A stretch of DNA of 46,971 bases, filler included, from Pseudomonadota bacterium (GTDB lineage Bacteria > Bdellovibrionota_F > JAHFAK01 > JBDREC01), in NCBI GenBank assembly GCA_043820105.1. It is 5 parts of 5 records of this genome, joined end to end, with 100 filler letters (N's around TTAATTAATTAA, not from the genome) between each part and the next. Parts side by side here need not be neighbours in the genome. Positions count along the whole stretch, not along the records: positions 38,779 to 46,971 come from JBDREC010000113.1; 4 more parts are not named here. One strand, written 5' to 3'. Below are positions 39,625-46,971 of the stretch, in pieces; the first letter of the stretch is position 1; each line of letters opens with the position of its first letter. Made by a program: the position numbers and the translations under genes. The notes below the pieces were generated by a model. It searched no databases. It was not told the DNA's origin and was given only the letters and a program-made list of their open reading frames with translations.

Positions 39625-40175
39625 TTTATCCTCAAAGCTTTATTAACAGCATTATTCCATCTTTTTTTCGATTGTCGGATTAATTCACCATCTTTGAAAG
39701 AAATATCAAAAAATCTTCTTGGTGGAATTGTGATATACTTAGTATTAGCCGATAATGGTTTTACTCCTGGAACTTCTCCTGCCAAATAATAAAAATAAGC
39801 TCTCATCTTTTTCGTAACTTTAATTGTCCTACCATCATGTAAAGTTTTAGCTATGTTGATAAGTGGTTTGCCTTTTTTATTTTTGACTTGTCTTAAAACT
39901 CCAATAAAAGCCAGATAAGGAGATATGATTTTCCTTGTGATCGATCTTGTTAAATCACCTTTATCAACTAATGGTTTCGAAGATTTTTTTATTAAAACAG
40001 TAAGTGGAGCATTGTCAGGTGGGACAGATTTTCGAATAACTTGTTTAACCTTTTTAATCGTATAAATGGCATTTTGTTTAGTAGCTAAACCTACTTCTTT
40101 TCTTAAGTTTTCTTTGAATTGTTTAGTACAATGCCTTATAAACTTATCCCAATTTTCATCAAGTTTAATTGTCAT
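39621..40175 (-). CDS. Phage neck / virion morphogenesis (tail-completion) protein
   Basis: Very basic; PDNAPLT..IKKSSKPLVDKGDLTRSIT and ITIPPRRF motifs; ATG 40175 preferred. Confidence 0.75.
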   Translation of the reverse strand: MTIKLDENWDKFIRHCTKQFKENLRKEVGLATKQNAIYTIKKVKQVIRKSVPPDNAPLTVLIKKSSKPLVDKGDLTRSITRKIISPYLAFIGVLRQVKNKKGKPLINIAKTLHDGRTIKVTKKMRAYFYYLAGEVPGVKPLSANTKYITIPPRRFFDISFKDGELIRQSKKRWNNAVNKALRIK

Positions 40176-40244
40176 GATAGGTTTATTGTAGCAGTATGAT
40201 GAAAGCCTGACAATTGGATCAATTACAATTTCTTTCAATTAGTT

Positions 40245-42038
40245 TTATTTTATCTGATCTGTTTGTCTTTTTTTTTCTAGTTCTTGTTCCAAATATCTTC
40301 TAAATTCAAGTTCAAACATGTCGTCATCAGTGCACATATCACATTTAAATTCACTTTTTTCAAGAGGTTTTATTAAATCTTCTGACCAAACAGGTATTGT
40401 ATTTGGTCTAAAAACAATTAAATCAATTGGATTTTTATAATCTATTTCTTCTTCTAATGTGCTTATTATCCAAGGATAATTTGACTGCCCTTTACCTTTT
40501 GAAAAAACAAATCCATTATTAAGATAAGTTACTGTGTGCTTTTTTGGATTACCTCTATCATTAATTTTTTTATAAATTACATCTCCAAATTTTAAATCTT
40601 GAATATTAACAATACTTATTCTGTCATAATACATATCAACCATTCGTTTAAGTGTAATACCTGTATTTTGATTAGGATAGAATCCATAATTTGGAAGAAC
40701 AACATCATCAGCCCAAAAATGAGAAGTAGTATGGTGACAATTTGGTCCATCTTCCTGGTTTCCATCCAACACTTCATTAGTTGGAAATGAATTAAGTCTT
40801 TTCTTTGGCATACTAGGTAAAATATTCTTAATGCTAAATTTTATCATTTTATTTTTTCTAATTTTTCCTTTTTCAATTTTAATTAATGACAATAAATTAT
40901 CTTTCATTTCATTAAAATCTCGTGGCCCTGCAAAAACCTGGATTATTTCTTCAATTGCTTCATTGTTAAATGGTAATTCAAATGTGATATCATATGTAAA
41001 ATAACAATATTGTTGTGCGCTATCACAAATACTTATTCTTTTATGTAATAAATTAAAATTATCGTATTCAATAATTTCAATTGGAGAAAAATTATTTTGA
41101 AGTTTAATGAATAATTTAAGTCCATTGTTTCTTAGAATCTTTCTTTTTTGATTATCATTTAATAAATTGCTTTCAGATATTCTAACAACTTGATCATTAT
41201 AAATATATGCTGGATAATCAGATCCAAATAATACTCTATCAAATCCAAATTCTTCCCATGATTCAATCACATCTTGATTAACCGGGAAATCACCGGAAGT
41301 ATCTAAATAAATGTTTTTTTCAATTCCAGGATTATCATTAAAATATTTTCCAATTATTCTCAATCCATCAAATCCAATCGAAGATTTTTCTCCAGAATGA
41401 GCAATAATAAATTTTGCATCAGGATTAATTACAGCTGTATCTATCAAAAACTCTATTTCTTCTTTTATTCCTTGATTTAAATTATAATTTTGCTCATGGA
41501 AATGATATGTTGTTTCAAAGTGAATTAATAAAATGCCAGCTTTTTTATTAACCATTGAACTTAATTTTCTAAATCTTTTTTTCCTCTTGGAATTTGTATA
41601 TAAATATCCACCGTCACTTTCAAGATGTAACTTAATTCCAACCATACCTGACAACATGAAACAATCATGCACCTTTTGTAGGTAATCCTTCCATTCAATA
41701 TTTATTCCACAAATTCCTAATACATTATCAGGATTTTCTAGATGTTTTTCCTCAAGTATTTCATTTAAATGATCTCTAATATCTTCATTGTAACGACTAT
41801 CTTTATTAAATGGTTTAATTCTGTAACTATCTGATATTAAAAGATGTTTATCTGCTTTTTCTTCAAAAGAATTGCCGCTTTGATCAATTGTTTGAATAAT
41901 TGTTCCATATCCCCATTTAGATTGAGCTCTTTCATCTATTTGATGGACATGGAAATCAATTAGTTGATAATCTAATGAATAACTTGAATTGATTATAATA
42001 CAAGTTAGTATTAGGATATGTTTAAATATTTTTTTCAA
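40245..42038 (-). CDS. Secreted amidohydrolase (TIM barrel) fused to a C-terminal papain/NlpC-like Cys-His domain
   Basis: Signal peptide; IDFHVH, GIKLH, LIH, IIAHSG, FGSDYP; C-terminal GPNCH...LKFGDVI...KHTVTYL...FSK. Confidence 0.75.
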   Translation of the reverse strand: MKKIFKHILILTCIIINSSYSLDYQLIDFHVHQIDERAQSKWGYGTIIQTIDQSGNSFEEKADKHLLISDSYRIKPFNKDSRYNEDIRDHLNEILEEKHLENPDNVLGICGINIEWKDYLQKVHDCFMLSGMVGIKLHLESDGGYLYTNSKRKKRFRKLSSMVNKKAGILLIHFETTYHFHEQNYNLNQGIKEEIEFLIDTAVINPDAKFIIAHSGEKSSIGFDGLRIIGKYFNDNPGIEKNIYLDTSGDFPVNQDVIESWEEFGFDRVLFGSDYPAYIYNDQVVRISESNLLNDNQKRKILRNNGLKLFIKLQNNFSPIEIIEYDNFNLLHKRISICDSAQQYCYFTYDITFELPFNNEAIEEIIQVFAGPRDFNEMKDNLLSLIKIEKGKIRKNKMIKFSIKNILPSMPKKRLNSFPTNEVLDGNQEDGPNCHHTTSHFWADDVVLPNYGFYPNQNTGITLKRMVDMYYDRISIVNIQDLKFGDVIYKKINDRGNPKKHTVTYLNNGFVFSKGKGQSNYPWIISTLEEEIDYKNPIDLIVFRPNTIPVWSEDLIKPLEKSEFKCDMCTDDDMFELEFRRYLEQELEKKRQTDQIK

Positions 42039-42109
42039 TTTTAAATTCTAATTTTACATTCATCAAAAACTTCAATTATCCATTAATGCTGGATTCTTTA
42101 TAATAACTT

Positions 42110-42125
42110 TGCAATAATCGCGCCA
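42110..42125 (-). promoter_or_regulatory. Sigma-54 -24/-12 promoter candidate
   Basis: Minus strand TGGCGCGATTATTGCA, ~70 nt upstream of start 42038. Confidence 0.75.
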
Positions 42126-42288
42126 TCTATACTCTTTATATAAATACATAATATTAGATAGTTATAAATTTAACTCTTAGTTTACATTAAATAAAACTGA
42201 AATTTCTCAGCATATTTGAAATTTTTAGCAAAATTAAAGCGATTTTATTAGTTTTTGTAAGACTTTCTTCTTAAAAGAGTTTTAATAG

Positions 42289-42678
42289 CTATATTCCGTC
42301 AATAAAAATAAACCACAACAATTTTAAGGTTGATCCATCTTGATCTGAATAATGACCATGATTCTGAATTTGGACTATTTGGTATTTTATAGATTCATTT
42401 CCGATTTTTATAATTTTATCTCCGATTTTTGGATTATATCCAATTGAAGATAAATCTTTATTTCGAACAACTAAATAGCCTGTAACATCTTTTGTAATTC
42501 CCGTATTATCAATACTAACTTCAGAATCTTTGTTATATTCGATCTGAGCTTTGATTATAAATTCTGATTGATATCTTAATAACTTCTTTAGTTCTCTTGC
42601 TTCATCATCATATCTTTGTGAAGCTGTACCGATCTGCTTAATTGTAACATTTATTGTATGAAATAAGTTAGGAATCAT
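42289..42678 (-). CDS. Phage head-closure / head-tail joining protein
   Basis: 129-aa beta-rich ORF (GYLVVR..DL....PKIGDKI) between adaptor and neck genes. Confidence 0.6.
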   Translation of the reverse strand: MIPNLFHTINVTIKQIGTASQRYDDEARELKKLLRYQSEFIIKAQIEYNKDSEVSIDNTGITKDVTGYLVVRNKDLSSIGYNPKIGDKIIKIGNESIKYQIVQIQNHGHYSDQDGSTLKLLWFIFIDGI

Positions 42679-42727
42679 AAATTAGACTTTGGTTATTAGC
42701 GATTGGCTTTTGGCTAAGAGCTAAAAG

Positions 42728-43483
42728 CTAATTGCCAATAGCCACAATAGCTTTAATTGGTCTTCTATACATCATAAGTATTTCATCAATTTCTTTATCT
42801 CCTGTAATTGATAAATGGCTGGAAGAACTTGAACTAAATTTCACTGAATGCTTATCGGTTTTTTCTTCAATAATTGTTTTACCAACTGAATGATCACGAT
42901 TTGCTAAATTTGATAAATCTTTGATAACTAATTTTCTATGCGCATATTTTATCATTTGCGGGGGATTACCACTTTGATCGACAAAACCAAAAACTCCTTT
43001 AATAATTTGATTTTGTTTGCCTTTTTCAAATATTCTTCTACATGAACTTCCAGAATAAATATTGCTAGAATCTAAAGTTTTAAGTTTAATCCTGGGATTA
43101 AATCGGTCCTTTGGATAGTCTCTATTATAAACAACAACATAATCTTCCTCTAATTCATCTTCTGAGTCATTGATTTTTATATATTCAATGGAAATGATAG
43201 GAATACCAAAAAACAAGATATCCGAATTATTGCCATCAAGATAGAGCGTTTTAGTTTTTGGTAGAAAAAATTGGCCTGTTATTTGATCAATAAACTCTTG
43301 CCACATGATTATTTTTTGTAGGAGCTTTTCATCATTTGCATCTGTGATTGATACTCCTTCATCTCTAATATCTTGAACTGTAATATAAGTATCATTCGAG
43401 GAACCTTCAGATTGAAGTAATACTTCAAACTCTTCCATCCCACACTGTTCACCTGCTGTGGAAGTAATTTTCCAATACCAATT
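42728..43483 (-). pseudogene. Phage head-tail adaptor/connector (gp6-like), likely 5'-truncated
   Basis: YITVQDIRDEG, FIDQITGQFF, LYLDGN, GKQN....GVFGF, TGDKEIDEIL..YRRP; frame stays open upstream of ATG 43438 (NWYWKITSTAG) to a stop without a start codon. Confidence 0.65.
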
Positions 43484-43509
43484 AAAAAATAATTAGATAA
43501 TTTTCTTGA

Positions 43510-43555
43510 CAATTGGATAATAATTGGATAAAATTATCCCATTATTATCCAATTG
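43510..43555. repeat. 22-bp-arm inverted repeat built from 11-bp direct repeats
   Basis: CAATTGGATAATAATTGGATAA-AA-TTATCCCATTATTATCCAATTG, one mismatch. Confidence 0.85.
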
Positions 43556-44109
43556 CGAGCTGATTATGCATTCTTTTATGGGTCCATCGTTCAGGACCGA
43601 TTAGCGCAGCAGGTGATCCTTATGGAAGAATAGTTATTTCCTGGGGAGTCTTGACAGATGGAGATGATACAATTTATTCACTATTAGCTACAGCAGATGG
43701 CAAGATTTACAGTGATGATAAATTCATTGTGGAAAGAACAGACAACAATGGAGGAATAAATGCATGTATGCTAAATGATGGCAGATTTGCAATTGCACAT
43801 AGCTCTGTGGATAGAGCAAAGATTAAAGTTTACAATAATTTGCACTAAGATTTAAATCAGTCTCAAAATAAAAATGTTACTACTCCATTGATACATTCCC
43901 ACGCATTTTCATGTCTTCTATTATTGGAATCAAATCAGGAATTAATTTTGGTGCCAGGCTCAATTGAAATTTAATTTTGAATTTTGAATTAATTATGGTG
44001 CCATGCTCGATTTGGGATGCAAAAATCCGTTTTTTTTACAGGCTATTTTCTCAGAGTGAAACAAAGGGAATTTTGAATTAATTAGATCTTAAGCTCAATA
44101 AGTTAAAAG

Positions 44110-45030
44110 TTACAGGCCGTCGTTTTCACATGCTAAAATCTTTGCTAGCTTTTCTTTTTGTGAATCTTCTGCATAAAGTTCAAAATATTGCATTAAAATA
44201 ACATCATCAAGCAACTCTAATAATCTAGAATACTTAGCTAGCTTTTTTTCAGCAGCCATATACTTATTTATTAAACCACGTTTTTGATTATATAAATCTT
44301 TTAATAATTGAAAATCATCCATCTTGTTTATTTCTTTAAGTAACTTATTGCATTTATCTTTATCAGTACAAAACAAAACATATTGAGGTGAATATTCATC
44401 ATAAAGCGCAATATAATCGGGGTTATTATGAATAAAGCTCCACAAATCAGCTTTCACTTGCTTATATGAATCATGCAATTCTCCATAGGTGCTATCAATG
44501 GAATCTGCTTTTTCTTTTAAAGTAAAGTATAATTGCTCAAGATCAAATGGCTTTAAGTCATCATCTAAATCCAGCTTTTTTATTAATCCTTCAATTGCAG
44601 CTTTTTGTGAAAGATCTGCATATTTCTTAATTTGTCTTAAACTTAATGTTCTATTAATTTTCAGATCCTCAGAATTTAACATATCATAAGAAACTATTTT
44701 TCTTAAAAATTCACCCGAAGTTTTGATTGGCTCATCTATAGTATCCAATGACATAAGTGCATAGTGGTGAGCTTCATAAAAAGAAATAAATCCATTTTTA
44801 TCAAAATCTGCGTTCACAGAAATTGAATCAGCTCTTGCAGATTCACCTTTTATGGCTTCAAAGAATTTTATAGAATATTCATCATAATCTGGATTTTTAG
44901 TGTCTGGAGAGCAACCTGCTGCTGTTTTATTTTTGGGGGTTGCAAAAAAACCACAAAAATCCTTTTCTGTAAAATCATTATCAGGATTTGCATTTTCAAA
45001 AATTAAGTTAGAAAAGGATCCGGCAAAGCA
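44110..45030 (-). pseudogene. Caspase/legumain-like (clan CD) protein, 5'-truncated by an IS91-like end
   Basis: Frame extends from the tracked ORF to 45030: CFAGSF...CGFFAT...AAGCSP...EYS...ADFDKNGFISFYEAHHY; a TAA and IS-end sequence lie directly upstream. Confidence 0.7.
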
Positions 45031-45036
45031 TTAATC

Positions 45037-46150
45037 ATAGGAACTTTCTAGGACATAGTAAAAGTAAAAAACATAAAATAATTCAAAACAGGTAGAAATC
45101 AACAAGAAAAGTCCACCAAGTGTATGTAAGCTTACATACACTTGGTGGACTTTTTGCAAAACATTCAGCTATTAATGAAAATACTTAATTTTTTCCATTT
45201 TTTGATTACAACTCTCCTGTTAACGATAATAAAAGATTTAAAGCATCATTTCTTGATGATCATCATAAATATATTCAATACTTTCTGACACCTCATCAAA
45301 CTTCGGAAAAGTAATCTTTGGCGGTGCTCGTTTAAACCAAGGAACAATTGGGATTATTTCTTCCTCTTTTTGCAAAAACCTTTTAAGCTTCATTTCCTTA
45401 CCACATTTTGGGCAAATTGTCGGAAGTTCACCAAAAATCCTTGCTATTAATGAAGCCCATCCAATATTTACTGGTTTATCTTCATCTATTGAAACTGATG
45501 CCTTGTTATCATCTTTATTTTCTTTCTTTGGCAATGTCCTTTGTACATTAGAAGCATAAAATCCACAATATCTTCTTACATTTTGATAATGGTCGGGGAT
45601 ATGTGATGTAATAAGTGCAATAAAATCAAGTGGTGAAAAGGATAATGTAAGTCCATTCTTGGTTTTGTAATATACAATGTTATTCTTATATTCAAGCCTG
45701 CTTACAGCTACAGGTGGACGACCTGCATAACTTAACCTTGAAATCAAACCTTCACGATCATCTAAGTCAAATGGATCACTTGCATGAACATGAAATCCTG
45801 AATGTTTCCATGATAATAAGTTATCTGAAAGTTTTTCTGACAAAACTTCCTTTTTCACCATAAGCTTTATCAATATTTCCCTGAAAAACTGTGTGATCTT
45901 GCTTACGTTCCAATCATTGCATGGATGAAATGTAATGTTCTCTTTGTCACGATAATCGAATAATCCATTTGAAGTTATTTGATGAAGATGAGGATTCGCA
46001 TTCAATTCATCTCCATGCGATTGAATCAAAGCAACAATTCCTGGTCTTAACTTTTTTATGATCTTACCATTACTAAGAGCAAGGCATAATGATTTATAAA
46101 GACCATTAAGACGGAGGTGAAATAATCTTATTCTTTTGGGAAGCCGAAAA
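45037..46150 (-). mobile_element. IS91-family element relic (oriIS-like end + truncated transposase)
   Basis: Minus strand AAAGTTCCTAT at ~45047-45037 resembles oriIS ends downstream of the transposase gene. Confidence 0.7.
45107..45154. repeat. Perfect 48-bp palindrome
   Basis: AAAAGTCCACCAAGTGTATGTAAGCTTACATACACTTGGTGGACTTTT is its own reverse complement. Confidence 0.95.
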
Positions 46151-46263
46151 AGTAATAACAACAGAAGCAAAACAATTTCAAAACCATGAGCTGCTGTTTT
46201 ATGTGCATGGCCGCATCCAGATGAAGGTTCCATATTAAATTCTGATGTAAACTTGGATGCCAA
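45238..46263 (-). pseudogene. IS91-family HUH transposase lacking the N-terminal zinc-binding domain; foreign N-terminus
   Basis: LPKRIR, HUH motif NPHLH, WKHSGFHV, YAGRPP, RYCGFYASN, CPKCG; no Cys-rich N-terminal domain. Confidence 0.8.
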
Positions 46264-46373
46264 GATTGGACCATGAAAATCTATATACGGAGGTCCGGAT
46301 TTCGATAAACGTCATTTTGATGATCAGAAAGAGAGAGAGATGTTTGAAAAAAACAAAGAAAAAGTTATTTTAT

Positions 46374-46670
46374 TCAATTTAATTTTAGGTCTTTTATTTT
46401 CTTGAAAAACATCTTTATAATACTAGCAAGCCCGTAGAATATCCATGGAAGTGAAGCCAAAAAGAATACGTTAATAATTGTTTTCATTACTGCAATCCAT
46501 CTAATTCCACCATAACCTCTGTTTAGACCCATGTGTGGCTCAGCGTAGTCTACTAAAACTGTCATGACATATATATAACGATCAATAGATAAGGCTAGAG
46601 CCAAAGTGCCAAGTAGAATAGATAATATTATGAGAATTCGTTTAATAATTTTTGAATTACATTTGTTCAT
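46374..46670 (-). CDS. Small hypothetical membrane protein (2 TM)
   Basis: 98-aa ORF with two hydrophobic helices. Confidence 0.55.
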   Translation of the reverse strand: MNKCNSKIIKRILIILSILLGTLALALSIDRYIYVMTVLVDYAEPHMGLNRGYGGIRWIAVMKTIINVFFLASLPWIFYGLASIIKMFFKKIKDLKLN

Positions 46671-46971
46671 TGAAAAAAACTATAAGATTAACCAGATAAA
46701 ATCAACTTGTAAAAAAGGGAGTTATTTTAATTGAAAAAAATTAACAAGGCGAACGGGTCGATTTCCCAGTAATCATTGCTGCAAAAGGATTGCCCATGAA
46801 AACCTATATAGGGAGGTCTGGGGTTTGAAACCGGAATGCGTTTTATACCTCAGTCTTGCCATCTTTTTATTGCTCACTCCCAGTTTATTTCAATTTGAAG
46901 ATCATGGAATAGGTGGATTGGTAGCGTTTTTTTAGAGATTATGTTCATAGTGCCATTATAATGAAAAGTAT

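Noticed and set aside
39439..43483. Contractile injection system or tailocin
   Set aside because: Only head-tail joining genes are present; no sheath, tube or baseplate genes.
43651..43848. 65-aa ORF as a real gene
   Set aside because: TTG start, no motif; may be a gene fragment but cannot be supported.
1106..44689. Short overlapping ORFs in the track (e.g. 1106-1309, 13873-14250, 20743-21234, 23013-23411, 28186-28416, 35669-36163)
   Set aside because: Antisense or alternate-frame shadows of well-supported genes, with no motifs.

Overview
Low-GC, diderm bacterial genome fragment, probably an uncultured Bdellovibrionota/deltaproteobacteria-like MAG (inference). It is made of five contigs joined by artificial N44-TTAATTAATTAA-N44 linkers (contigs: 1-5932, 6033-10573, 10674-20386, 20487-38678, 38779-46971), so gene order across linkers is not biological. 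Housekeeping-type genes (codB, pteridine-reductase-like SDR, ABC-F, dGTPase, YgjP-like protein, porin, sensor kinase, receiver) are mixed with many secreted orphan proteins. Main points: (1) at least four secreted, effector-like orphans sit behind correctly spaced sigma-54 (-24/-12) motifs, including an FHA + papain-fold protein flanked by a duplicated small membrane gene and an amidohydrolase + papain-fold fusion inserted in a decayed prophage neck module; (2) an orphan SynChlorMet-type RiPP pair (CxxG-repeat precursor + ScmC-like kinase) without its radical-SAM enzymes; (3) a 32-nt end overlap suggests contig 4 runs into position 1, creating a ~290-bp foldback element; (4) abundant mobile-element debris (tRNA-Leu att site with 11-bp-spaced repeats, IS21-like ends, an IS91 relic that cuts a caspase/legumain-like gene just before its catalytic Cys). 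All family assignments are from motif recognition, not database searches.
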